Shown: one piece after another, positions 15,681-25,600 of the stretch
How the letters are laid out: the number at the start of each line of letters is the position of its first letter
How positions within the stretch are numbered: position 1 is the first letter of the stretch
Origin: an uncultured Gammaproteobacteria bacterium
GTDB taxonomy: Bacteria; Patescibacteriota; Patescibacteriia; Patescibacteriales; UBA12465
Assembly (NCBI GenBank): GCA_964416495.1
Contig: CAYQEI010000001.1
Coordinates: 1-36,675 of the forward strand
Direction: 5' to 3'
Length of the DNA stretch: 36,675 nucleotides
Made by a program: the position numbers and the translations under genes
The notes under the pieces: model-generated
Database searches by the model: none
What the model saw: the letters and a program-made list of their open reading frames with translations, nothing else
What the model was told of the DNA's origin: nothing

Positions 15681-16052
15681 ATGGAAAAAAGAAAAAAAGA
15701 TTTGGCTTTAAGTCAAATCTTGGAAACTTATTCTTCGGTCCTAGCGTCTATTTATGAGCAGGAGCGAGGAAGGGGGCTTGAGCAAGCAGATGTTGTCTTA
15801 GTGGTGATGAGTTTGCGTAATCACTATTACAACATCTTAGAGAACTTATTTTCAAGCAATAAAATTGAAAATGAAGTTTATTCTGAATTTGAGCCTTGGA
15901 TTATTTGCGGGGCTTGTACTTGGCTAAGTTTAAAGCCAAAATTGAAGCAGTTTCCACGTGAGATTAGGCGCAAGCTAAGGAAGTGTCGGAAGTCCTTAGC
16001 AGTAATAGTAGCTGATCAAGTGGAGATTGATGTTTATTGTTTAAACTTTTAA
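15681..16052 (+). CDS. Hypothetical protein, paralogue A of a tandem pair
   Basis: 123-aa ORF preceded by a strong GGGAGGAGG Shine-Dalgarno at 15666-15674. Shares blocks with the next ORF (see findings). Confidence 0.5.
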   Translation: MEKRKKDLALSQILETYSSVLASIYEQERGRGLEQADVVLVVMSLRNHYYNILENLFSSNKIENEVYSEFEPWIICGACTWLSLKPKLKQFPREIRRKLRKCRKSLAVIVADQVEIDVYCLNF

Positions 16053-16061
16053 TTTATTGAG

Positions 16062-16418
16062 ATGAAAATAAATTTTGGTTTATACCCAGAAAGCCAGTTA
16101 ATGTTGGAGAATAATATTACTGGCATCTACCATTTCAAACAAAGAATGTTTGAGTTAGGTATAGAAAAGGATAATATAGTAATCTTGCTGGTAGAAGCAA
16201 AGAGTAAAGGGTCTGATAATTTAATCAGACTGATTCTACCCGGGCTTGATTGCAAAAGACTACGTGAACAAGACCCTAATGCCGTAATTACTGGTTTTGT
16301 TCGTCAGGGATATTTGCCCCGGAGAATACGCAATTATCCCCTGAAAACATTAGTATCCAAAAATAGGATCCCTGTCTTGATTCTTCATGACGGGAGATTA
16401 GCGCTCACATTGATATAA
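16062..16418 (+). CDS. Hypothetical protein, paralogue B of a tandem pair
   Basis: 118-aa ORF starting 9 nt after the previous stop. No family recognised. Confidence 0.5.
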   Translation: MKINFGLYPESQLMLENNITGIYHFKQRMFELGIEKDNIVILLVEAKSKGSDNLIRLILPGLDCKRLREQDPNAVITGFVRQGYLPRRIRNYPLKTLVSKNRIPVLILHDGRLALTLI

Positions 16419-16420
16419 AA

Positions 16421-16448
16421 AATGCCGGTTACTATTGTAATCGGCATT
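16421..16448. terminator. Bidirectional terminator hairpin between convergent genes
   Basis: AATGCCG (16421-16427) pairs with CGGCATT (16442-16448). It is flanked by an A run on the left and a T-rich stretch on the right. Confidence 0.55.
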
Positions 16449-16452
16449 ACTT

Positions 16453-16767
16453 TTAGCAAGAGAAACCAACTTTTTCGTAGTTTGAGCGGAATTCCGCTCT
16501 TTTTTTGTTGATTTTTTCTTGCAATTTTTTAACTTCCTGTATAATCCTAGGAACTGGCAAGTCAGAGTTGAAGATATTCTCTAGCTCTTGGTTTTTCTCT
16601 ACCAAGTAGCTATTATAGGCCTCAACTACTTCTGCTCTTTTTCCAAGAGTTAAAATTTCAGGATCAACAAACTGTGGCTTGTTCTCATTACTGAGATCCA
16701 GTTTATTGTTTAAATTGATAATTTTTTTCATTGTCAAAATTTTAATGTTCAAGATGGAGATTGTCAT
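16453..16767 (-). CDS. Hypothetical protein (the only minus-strand gene in the window)
   Basis: 104-aa ORF. An AAGGA lies 6 nt upstream of the ATG at 16767. An alternative start at 16731 would give MKKIINL. Confidence 0.45.
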   Translation of the reverse strand: MTISILNIKILTMKKIINLNNKLDLSNENKPQFVDPEILTLGKRAEVVEAYNSYLVEKNQELENIFNSDLPVPRIIQEVKKLQEKINKKRAEFRSNYEKVGFSC

Positions 16768-16849
16768 AAAATATCCTTATTGTCAAGGGTATTTTTAGCT
16801 TATTTCTTTTTATGCTATAATTACCTTATCTTATTAATTCATTTTAATT

Positions 16850-17785
16850 ATGCCATTAGTCTTTAATATTATTTTTGTTTTAGTTTTGTTTGCCTTGTTA
16901 GGGAAGGTAGCTGACTTTGCTGTAAACAATATCCGCTATATTGCCCAGGCACTTAAACTAAAGATGTTTGCTTTAGGGGTGATCTTAGGTTTGGTCACAA
17001 CTTTACCCGAGTTCTCAGTTGGTATTAATGCTGCAATTGAAGGTGCTGGTGAGTTATCAGTTGGTAATATCATGGGGGGAACAGTTGTCCTTTTGGGTTT
17101 GATATTAGGGATAACTTTAATGGTAAATAAAAAGGTTGATACTAAAGAGAATTTTCGAATTCTATTACCCAGTGCGATGGTGATGTTATTTCCTTTCTTA
17201 CTTGGAATTGATGGGCGTTTATCAGCTCTAGATGGCGTTATTTTGGTTTCATTGTATGCTGGTCTTTTAATTTACATCTATCGTCATAACCGCGATCGTA
17301 GTTTAGACAGTAAAATTGCCATTATTGATAAAGGTAAGATTGGTAAAGCTGTCATCTATTCTCTCTTGGGAGTGATCGGGGTGATGCTTATCTCTCATTA
17401 TATAGTGGAGATAACTTTAGATTTTCTCCAGCACTATAATATTAACAAGCTCCTAATTGGGGTAATATTTTTCTCAATTGGAACTAATTTGCCTGAGATT
17501 AGTATTTCCATTATGGCTTGGCGAAAAAAGTCAGCTGACCTTTCCCTTAGCCACTTGTTGAGTTCAGCTTTTACCCATACTTTTGTTTTGGGGACTTTGT
17601 CAATGCTTCACCCAATTACCTTTACCATTGACTTAACTTACTACATTTTAGTCTTCTTTGTCACCTTAATTGTTATTCTGTTTTTAATCTTTGCTCGCAG
17701 TGATAAAAAGTTAGTTAGAACAGAGGGGATAATATTATTTCTAGTCTATCTGGCCTTCTTAATAGTTAACCTATTTATCCTTTAG
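16850..17785 (+). CDS. CaCA-family sodium/calcium exchanger membrane protein (YrbG-like)
   Basis: Two alpha-repeat motifs (TTLPEFSVGINA..GNIMGG and GTNLPEISISIMA) in a polytopic membrane protein of about 10 TM. TGcTATAAT at 16813-16821. Confidence 0.75.
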   Translation: MPLVFNIIFVLVLFALLGKVADFAVNNIRYIAQALKLKMFALGVILGLVTTLPEFSVGINAAIEGAGELSVGNIMGGTVVLLGLILGITLMVNKKVDTKENFRILLPSAMVMLFPFLLGIDGRLSALDGVILVSLYAGLLIYIYRHNRDRSLDSKIAIIDKGKIGKAVIYSLLGVIGVMLISHYIVEITLDFLQHYNINKLLIGVIFFSIGTNLPEISISIMAWRKKSADLSLSHLLSSAFTHTFVLGTLSMLHPITFTIDLTYYILVFFVTLIVILFLIFARSDKKLVRTEGIILFLVYLAFLIVNLFIL

Positions 17786-17788
17786 TCT

Positions 17789-18220
17789 ATGTCTAAACGA
17801 AAAGCGCAAATCATTCAGATCTTTCTTAGTGCTATTCTTTCTTTAGCGATTTTTTCCATATTTTTTTATTACTATAATTTAGCTCAAATTCAAGCCCGTG
17901 ATGTTGCTCAAGTGGCTAATGTGCGTAAAATTCAAAATGCTTTAGCCCTTTATCGTTATGAAGTTGGTTCTTATCCTAGCAGTGAAGACTTTCAAGCTGG
18001 CCAAGCATTAGCTTTTGGTGACCGAGTTTTTCTTGATCCAATTCCAGAATTAATTCCTGGAATTTGGTTTTGCCAGGACTTAGTTGATTATGACTATAGT
18101 TTAGTTGAGCTTGAACCTGATTTACTTGTCTATAATTTCAAGTATTGTCTTAATTATGAAACTGCCACTATCCCAGCCGGGATAAATACCGTTAGCCCTG
18201 AGGGACTTTATAAAAAATAA
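17789..18220 (+). CDS. Pilin/pseudopilin-like protein without a recognisable prepilin cleavage motif
   Basis: A single N-terminal TM helix is followed by ARDVAQVANVRKIQNALALYRYEVGSYPS. This resembles the aRDa.R.adl..iq.ALe.Yy...g.YP helix of type IV pilin-like proteins. There is no G|FxxxE motif. Confidence 0.4.
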   Translation: MSKRKAQIIQIFLSAILSLAIFSIFFYYYNLAQIQARDVAQVANVRKIQNALALYRYEVGSYPSSEDFQAGQALAFGDRVFLDPIPELIPGIWFCQDLVDYDYSLVELEPDLLVYNFKYCLNYETATIPAGINTVSPEGLYKK

Positions 18221-18231
18221 AGTGAAATCAT

Positions 18232-19371
18232 ATGAAGCCTAATTATCAAGACCTAGCCCCAAGCTATCACTTGAAACATCGTGGTAAGCTAGCAATTAAA
18301 GCTAAAGTAAAAGTAAGAAATCAAAGGGATTTAAGTTTGGCTTATACTCCTGGTGTAGCAGCCGTATCACAATTAATTGCCAGCGATAAAAGCAAGAGCT
18401 TTAGTCATACTTTTCGGGGTAATGCCATTGCCATTATTAGTGATGGCAGTGCTATTTTGGGGCTAGGTAATTTAGGGGCTGAAGCCGCTTTGCCAGTAAT
18501 GGAAGGGAAGGCCTTGTTGTTTAAGGAGTTTGCTAACATTGATGCTTTTCCGATTTGTTTAGCTACTCAAGATGATGAAGAGATAATAAAAACAGTCAAG
18601 CAATTAGCGCCTAATTTTGCTGGGATTAACTTAGAAGACATTTCAGCTCCACGTTGTTTTGCGATTGAAAAAAGACTGAAGGCAGAGTTATCAATCCCAG
18701 TTTTGCATGATGACCAACATGGTACTGCAGCTGTGGTCTTAGCTGGATTGATCAATGCTTTGAAGCTAAAGAATTTAGAGCCAAGTCAAGCTAAAGTGAT
18801 TATTAACGGTGCTGGAGCAGCTGGTACTGCGATTGCTAAGATGTTAATTAACTATGGTTTTGCTAACATTACTGTCTTAGATAGCCAAGGGGCAATTGCT
18901 AGTACTAGAGCAGATCTAAGTGGCTATAAGCAGGAGTTAGCGCAACTAACTAATAAGTCAAAACGAACTGGCTCTTTAACTGAGTCAATAGTCGGCGCTG
19001 ATATCTTTATTGGTGTTAGTAAAGCTAAAGTTCTAACAGAAGAACATGTTCGCACCATGGCTAAAGACCCAATTATATTTGCCCTCGCTAATCCTGAGCC
19101 TGAGATTATGCCAGAGCTAGCTTTATCAGCGGGAGCTTTAGTAGTTGCGACTGGAAGAAGTGATTTTCCTAACCAAATTAACAATGTCTTAGCTTTTCCG
19201 GGAATATTTCGGGGGGCATTAGATAACAAAGTAGCAGAGATTAGTGAAGCGATGCTGATTTCAGCTGCTAAGAATTTAGCTAATACGGTAAAAAAAGTGA
19301 AACCGAGTATGATACTCCCACCAGTATTTTCTAAGCGCGTAGCTCCAGCAGTAGCACGTGCAATTAAGTAA
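18232..19371 (+). CDS. NAD(P)-dependent malic enzyme (short prokaryotic type)
   Basis: LSLAYTPGVA, ISDGSAILGLGNLG, PVMEGKALLFKEFANIDAFPI, GINLEDISAPRCF, VLHDDQHGTA and GAGAAG motifs. Confidence 0.85.
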   Translation: MKPNYQDLAPSYHLKHRGKLAIKAKVKVRNQRDLSLAYTPGVAAVSQLIASDKSKSFSHTFRGNAIAIISDGSAILGLGNLGAEAALPVMEGKALLFKEFANIDAFPICLATQDDEEIIKTVKQLAPNFAGINLEDISAPRCFAIEKRLKAELSIPVLHDDQHGTAAVVLAGLINALKLKNLEPSQAKVIINGAGAAGTAIAKMLINYGFANITVLDSQGAIASTRADLSGYKQELAQLTNKSKRTGSLTESIVGADIFIGVSKAKVLTEEHVRTMAKDPIIFALANPEPEIMPELALSAGALVVATGRSDFPNQINNVLAFPGIFRGALDNKVAEISEAMLISAAKNLANTVKKVKPSMILPPVFSKRVAPAVARAIK

Positions 19372-19387
19372 GTGAGTAATTAAATTT

Positions 19388-21610
19388 ATGAAAGCCAAAA
19401 ATTATTTAAGATTATTACAAACTGGAGTGTTATTTTCTGTCTTTATCGTTCTTTTTGTTTTCCGAACTTATCTTTTTCCCTACATTAGCTCAAAGCAGAT
19501 AATTTTCAATGTCTTGGTTGAATTCTTGGCCGCTTTTACCTTAATTTTTGTTATTAAGTATAGAGAATATCGGCCTAAACTTGATGTTTTAATTTATACT
19601 TTAGTGGCCTACTTCTTAGTGATACTAGTTAGTGCTTTTACTGGGGTTGATTTCAATTTGAGTTTCTGGGGTGACATTGAAAGAATGTTAGGTTTTTTCC
19701 ATATTTTTCACTTCTTCCTTTATTTTCTTGTTATCATTGTTGCTTTTCGCTCTTGGCCGGATTACCGACGCTTATTCCAGGCTTCGTTGTTTGCTTCAGT
19801 GATTGTGAGTTTAATCGGCATTTTTGGTCCCAAAGTCTATAGTACAATTGGCAATACTACTTTTGTTAGTGCCTTTTTACTTTTCAACATCTTTTTTGCC
19901 CTAATCCTATTTATTCGCTCTAGTTTCAAATCTAGGTATCTGTATCTACTATCATTGATACCATTGTTATGGCAATTTTCCCTTATGAAGACATCCGGAG
20001 CTATTATTGCGCTTGGAGTCGGTGTTATTGTTACTTTATTAGTAGTAGGCCTACTAGCGCAAAATAAAGCTTGGCGTCAATCATTTTTGGCAGTTACAGT
20101 TGCCGCTATTTTAGCAGTAGTATTTCTTTTTTCTCAGCAAGAGGCAAGTTGGTTTCAGCATAGCTTTCTCAAAAATTTAACTGGCCAAAAGAATACTTTC
20201 CAGACCAGACTGATTTCTTGGCGGGGTGCTTTAGCTGATTTTCCAAACCATCCCTTGCTGGGCACTGGCTATGGTAATTATGCGATTACTTTTGATAAAT
20301 ATTTTCCGCCCAACTTCTATAATTATGACCGCAGTGAAACTTATTTCGACCGAGCTCATAATAATATAATCGATATTGCTTCTACTACTGGGATTCTAGG
20401 GCTTCTGTCTTATTTAGCTATTTTTGCTGTTATTTTCCTCTACCTTTATCGTCTACTTAAGCGCGGGTCTCATAAAATTAATGCTAGTCCAGCTGGGCAA
20501 AGGAATTTAGAGTTAGTTTTGTTGTTTGCTTTAATCATTGTTTACTTTATTCAAAACTTAGCTGTCTTTGATTCTTTTGTCAGTTATATTAACCTAATGA
20601 TAGTCTTTGCCTATATTTATTTTCTCTATCACCGCAAAGAAGTTTATCAAACCGAAACTGAAGTAGAAGCAAAGCCAAGTTTAGGGAAGGGCTGGGAAAC
20701 GAGTCTTTTAGTGGTTGTCTTAATAGCTACTTATATTTTCACTAGTTTTTATAACTTAGAGACAGTACGGATGTTGAAGGGATCTATTGAATCATATAAT
20801 GATTTGTTAGGGAGTGATATTATTGAAGGCTTTGATTCGCTCAAAGATGTCCTAAAAGAGAGACCCCTAGAGCGTGATAGTAGGAAGAGTATTGTAAATT
20901 TGATTACTTCTAATCCAGTAATACTAAGCGCGCTCAAAACTGAGCGAGCGCAAGAAGAGTTTGATTATTTGATGTCTTTAGCTCAGCTAAATTTGAGCTA
21001 CAATCCCTTAGATAGTCAGAAGTTACTCCAGACTGCCCAGCTTTATTTTACCGGTGCTTATGTTTTCTTTGATAACGCTAAGCTCCGTCAAGAATATGGT
21101 GAAAGCGCCTACAAACTAGTAAATCAGTCAATTGCTTCTAGCCCTGGTCGAATCACTCATTATTACGTTAAATCAAACATCGAGTCTTTACTCGATAGGC
21201 AAGAGGAGTCAATTGCTACTTTAGAGTATGCCCGTGATTTGAATCCTGATTTTGTCGATAGCTCTTGTCATCTAGCCGCTAGTTATGACGAAGCTAGAGA
21301 TAAGGCCAAGTTTAGTGAGTCTTTACTAGCCTGTGTTGATAATAAGGGCTTGAGTCGGGTTAGTACCTTAGGTAATTTAATTGATTATGTGCAGTACTTT
21401 ATTGATATTGATGATTACGACCGAGCCATCTTAGTGTTAGAGCGGATTGTCGAGCTCCAACCCAATGATGCTAATATGTGGTTGAATTTAGCCAAAATGT
21501 ATCGCTTAACTGAGGTTGAAGAAAGCAAGCTAAGGCCAGTGACTAATCGTATCTTGGAGCTAGATCCGAGCCTAATCGATCAAGTTGAATATTTGTATTC
21601 ACTTGATTAA
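19388..21610 (+). CDS. O-antigen ligase-like (Wzy_C) polytopic membrane protein with C-terminal TPR-like repeats
   Basis: RLISWRGALADFPNHPLLGTGYGNY and AHNNIIDIASTTGILGL are Wzy_C-type motifs. There are more than 10 TM segments. The C-terminal ~300 aa are helical repeats (NDANMWLNLAKMY). Confidence 0.7.
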   Translation: MKAKNYLRLLQTGVLFSVFIVLFVFRTYLFPYISSKQIIFNVLVEFLAAFTLIFVIKYREYRPKLDVLIYTLVAYFLVILVSAFTGVDFNLSFWGDIERMLGFFHIFHFFLYFLVIIVAFRSWPDYRRLFQASLFASVIVSLIGIFGPKVYSTIGNTTFVSAFLLFNIFFALILFIRSSFKSRYLYLLSLIPLLWQFSLMKTSGAIIALGVGVIVTLLVVGLLAQNKAWRQSFLAVTVAAILAVVFLFSQQEASWFQHSFLKNLTGQKNTFQTRLISWRGALADFPNHPLLGTGYGNYAITFDKYFPPNFYNYDRSETYFDRAHNNIIDIASTTGILGLLSYLAIFAVIFLYLYRLLKRGSHKINASPAGQRNLELVLLFALIIVYFIQNLAVFDSFVSYINLMIVFAYIYFLYHRKEVYQTETEVEAKPSLGKGWETSLLVVVLIATYIFTSFYNLETVRMLKGSIESYNDLLGSDIIEGFDSLKDVLKERPLERDSRKSIVNLITSNPVILSALKTERAQEEFDYLMSLAQLNLSYNPLDSQKLLQTAQLYFTGAYVFFDNAKLRQEYGESAYKLVNQSIASSPGRITHYYVKSNIESLLDRQEESIATLEYARDLNPDFVDSSCHLAASYDEARDKAKFSESLLACVDNKGLSRVSTLGNLIDYVQYFIDIDDYDRAILVLERIVELQPNDANMWLNLAKMYRLTEVEESKLRPVTNRILELDPSLIDQVEYLYSLD

Positions 21611-21637
21611 AGAGAAACAATAAATAAATAATGATTG

Positions 21638-21662
21638 CACCCAGCTTTTGCTGGGTGTTTTG
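21638..21662 (+). terminator. Rho-independent terminator
   Basis: CACCCAGC (21638-21645), TTTT loop, GCTGGGTG (21650-21657), then TTTT. Confidence 0.7.
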
Positions 21663-21776
21663 TAATAAAAAAATTAGTTGTTTGTGAGTTTTTTTTGAGC
21701 TAGAGCCTAAGCTATTTTTATATTGCTTTCAGTCGGGATTTGCTAATTTAGAAAGGACTAGATTAAGAAGAAAATT

Positions 21777-22637
21777 ATGAAAAAAATTAGCTTAAAAAAA
21801 TTACTCAAATCCAACAAATACTCTAAGCGCTGGCGTCGGTTTTATCAGAAATGGAAAAAAGTGATTATAATTTCCAGTTTATCCCTTCTTTTACTTTTCT
21901 TCCTTTTTCTTTATCTTGGTTCTAGGGTTAGCGCGGTGCGAGCAGATTTTGCCCGTTTACGCCAAGATTACAAAGCTAGTCATCCCTGTCGAGAAGCTTG
22001 CTTAACTAAGCGTCAATTACTTCGTACTAAAGTGATTAATGGTTTTTATAAAGACAAGAATATGGAAACTGATTGGTTACGATATTGGCAAGAAAGTGAA
22101 AACAAAGGTAATTATGATTTTCAAGCTGAGCTTCTCAAGATCGCTGTCGCTCTTCCGCAGGCAACTAAAATTAATCAGGTAATTAGTGAAGCCTTATCAA
22201 GCCCTGATACTGATGAAGAGACAATTGCTTTAGTGGTTAGAGTTTATTTAAGTCAATTTAGTGACCAGAAACTAGTCTCTTATTATTTTAGCCTCTTAAA
22301 TAACCCGGCTTTAGCGATCAAGAAGGTGGCCCTGAAGGCGATATCGGCACTACCTGACAAGGTTAGTGTTCTGAAGAGTCAAGATCTTTTAGCTCTTCAT
22401 GCCCTTTATCTCAATACCGAGTTTGACTCTGATTTAATTGAGAGCTTGATTTATCTCTACTTTGAGCTTTTTCCTTATTTTCCTGAAGAAAGTCGTTATT
22501 GTCTTGACTATATTTACCATGACCAAACAGATCCCTTGTTACGTTACTTAGTGGTTGAAGGTTTTCGGGCAAGGGGAGAGGCAAAGTATATTCTCTCTAA
22601 TCGGGAAATAGAGCAAGTTGAGAATTTATTAAAATAA
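21777..22637 (+). CDS. Hypothetical single-pass membrane protein with a helical-repeat (HEAT-like) ectodomain
   Basis: 286-aa ORF with a basic N-terminus followed by a TM helix (VIIISSLSLLLLFFLFLYLG). The rest is alpha-helical repeat-like (ALAIKKVALKAISALPDK). Confidence 0.4.
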   Translation: MKKISLKKLLKSNKYSKRWRRFYQKWKKVIIISSLSLLLLFFLFLYLGSRVSAVRADFARLRQDYKASHPCREACLTKRQLLRTKVINGFYKDKNMETDWLRYWQESENKGNYDFQAELLKIAVALPQATKINQVISEALSSPDTDEETIALVVRVYLSQFSDQKLVSYYFSLLNNPALAIKKVALKAISALPDKVSVLKSQDLLALHALYLNTEFDSDLIESLIYLYFELFPYFPEESRYCLDYIYHDQTDPLLRYLVVEGFRARGEAKYILSNREIEQVENLLK

Positions 22638-22641
22638 AACT

Positions 22642-25600
22642 ATGAAAGCTAAATTTGTTTCTATTAGTATTACTCTCTTCATTATTATTAGTCTTTTTTG
22701 TGGAGAGACTGTCAAAGCTCTTGAGTTAGGGGCGCTACTCTATCGCACCTCAGGCGATGGTTTGATGTATGGTTATTCAAGCCAAGAGCTTTTAGGGATT
22801 AAAGCTGGTGTCTTGTTACATATCTATCCAGGGCATGTTGGTATTTATGTGGGTAAGGAAAATGGTGTTGATATGGTAGTTGAAGCTTTAGCTGGCGGGA
22901 TAGTAAAGACAGAGGCAAAATACTTTGTCAATGAATCTGCTGGCGAAGTTTTTTTAGGGGCAAAGATTCCAATTGGAGCCAGTCCAAGCGAGAGATTAAA
23001 GGCAGTTGCAATTGCTAAGGCACTAGCGGAAAGAAATTATGGCTATGATTTTGATTTCATCAAACAAAAGGGACCCGGAGATAATGATTGGACTTGTGTT
23101 GGTTTAGTTGAAAAAGTTTATGAAAGCTCGGCTATACCTAACCCCAATAATCTAAATGACCTGGTTTACTCAAGGCTTAACTATGCCGTAGATATTACTC
23201 CTGATGGTTTTGATAACAAGAGTTATTTTAATAATTCAGGTGATTGTTTTTCTACTTCACTAGAATTTTCCAAAATTAGTGCTCGCGCGAATTTAGTTCT
23301 GCCTTTACCAGAAAAGATTGGTTTTAATGCGGGCAGGATCTACCAAGGAGAGCGTTATTTTTTTCTCCCCTATACTCAATATCTGCAAACAACACTTAAG
23401 TCAGTGCCAGTTGATATTCAAATTAGCTCAAGTTTCAAAGAAAAAGAAATCAGGGGGAAGACACCGACTTTGGCCTTAATTTTGCGCTGGAGTTTTGTTA
23501 ACAACCCGGTTTCAGCGGTAAAGTTAACTTTTGAAAAAATAGGGCAAGGGATAAAAAACATTGGTGATAAATTATTTAACCGTGAGAGTACTGACTTTGA
23601 TGAGCTTGCTTTCTATAACTCTCAACCCACTGAAGCAGATAGCTATTTACCGATTAATATTAATCAAAGTCAAGGACAAACCACTCCGAGGAATAGTCCT
23701 CAAGCAAATTATTCTTATAACGATAATGAAGAGGTTAATATTGGGATAACTAACTCAAAGATAGAGACTAAAGTTAATAATCCAAGTAATCAGAGCAGTA
23801 CTGGAATCAAAGAAGAAGAGTCTAGTTTTTTTGGCCCTACGGTACCAATTAACAATAATCCAAGTAATAGCTTGATTGAAAGTAGTGAGCCAAACTTTGA
23901 TTTCATTAGTGAAGCGGAGGCACCAACTCAGACAGCCGTAATTGACTCTAAAGTGGAGCAAGGTGAGGTGCCAGAATTAGCCTATAGTCCTGAGTCAGCG
24001 CCAATTAATCAAACTACTTCTACCGCTGTTCCGAGTGCAATAATTAGCAAGATTTATGCCACTGGTTTAAATGACTTTATTGAGCTCTACAACCCTAACA
24101 ATTTCTCTTTTGATTTAGCTGAGGCTGGTTTCCGGATAGAGAAAACAAAGACCGCTAATGATCCCAGTATTGCTATTCGAATTGGCCATGAAGTTGATGG
24201 GATTTATCCTGGAGGGACCACAATTAGAGCTAAAGGTTATTATTTAATCGTGCGAGATGGGGCTAACCCCTATTTCCTCTCTCGGGCAGATGCGATTGCC
24301 AAGCGTAAGGAATTTAGTTGGACTGGGAATGGTTATACTCTTTATTTAGGGAAAGGAGCGATTAGTTCCAGTGATGACCCAGATATTATTGACGCAGTTG
24401 GTTTTGGCTCAGCCACTTATTTCAGAGGTCAAGGGCCAGCACCTGAGATTGTCGATAATTATTATCTCAATCGTGTTAGCACTAATCATGATAATTTAAG
24501 AGACTTCCGCTTGGAAGCTTCAGCTGATCCTAGTATTAGCTGGGATGATTATATTCCCGCTAATAACGACGGGGATGATGATAATCAATCAGGACAAGAA
24601 GAGCCAGGTGGGGATGAGACTACTAACCCAGATGAAGGCGAGTTTCCTGATGTTGTCTATGAAGATGCTGATTTTGAGCCCTATATTCCCAAAGCTGTGA
24701 TAAATAGCCCTAAACTTCAAGAAGTGTGGCATTTTGATGAGTGCTATGGTGAAGCTGAGTATTTAGTGGGAGTAAATGATTGTAGTCTTCATTTAGACCA
24801 ACATAACACTGAGTTTGTCTTTGACCTTGATTCTGATTTTGATTCTAATCAAGGCTCTCTGTCTTTATATTATCGGAGCACAGATGATTATTATAGCAGT
24901 AATTTTACAGTTTCTTTAATAAATAAAGCTGGAAGTAGCTACGAAATTACTATTAGCGAAGAGTTGTTAACGATTGCAGGACTTCCTAATTCAGCTTGGC
25001 GTTATTATGAAAAAACTGTCTATGAGAAATCAAAACTTGATTGGCACCATTTGGCACTGACTGTAGATCAGTCTGCTGGAGTGTGGCGGGTATATCATAA
25101 TGGGAAAAAGTTGGTAGAGGAGCAATTTGCCCAAACTTTGATTAGTAATTTTAGACAAGTAAAGATAAGTGGGTCTGGCCGGCTCGCTTTTGATGAGCTC
25201 ACGCTTTGGTCTAGCTCCTTAAGCGCGACTGAAGTCAAAGAGATGTATGATAATGAGCTAATTTTTGCTCCCTATACGCAACGGGAACCACAAGCTGAGC
25301 CAGCACTACAATACTATTGGGATTTCAACGAACACTATGAAAATGTTAATGGAGTTTCGACTAACCAAGCCATTGATCAGATAAAGGGGGCAGTGATAGA
25401 TTTGCCTGATAACTCCTATGCCTGGTGGGGAAGTGATAATACTGTGCTAGTAAGTAAATACGGTAAATATCTTGATAGTAATTTGATCGAGCCCTTTTTT
25501 AGTCGTGATTTAACTATGGCTTTTTGGTGGCGTAACGCTTCTGGTATTAGTGATGATAGGACAGCGATTATTTTGGGTAATCAAGGCAGGAGACTGTTTG

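Noticed and set aside
23561-23961. Two short ORFs (62 aa on +, 68 aa on -) inside the 1097-aa gene.
   Set aside because: They fall in the low-complexity Asn/Ser/Pro linker of the large protein, where alternative frames stay open by composition. No independent expression signals are visible.
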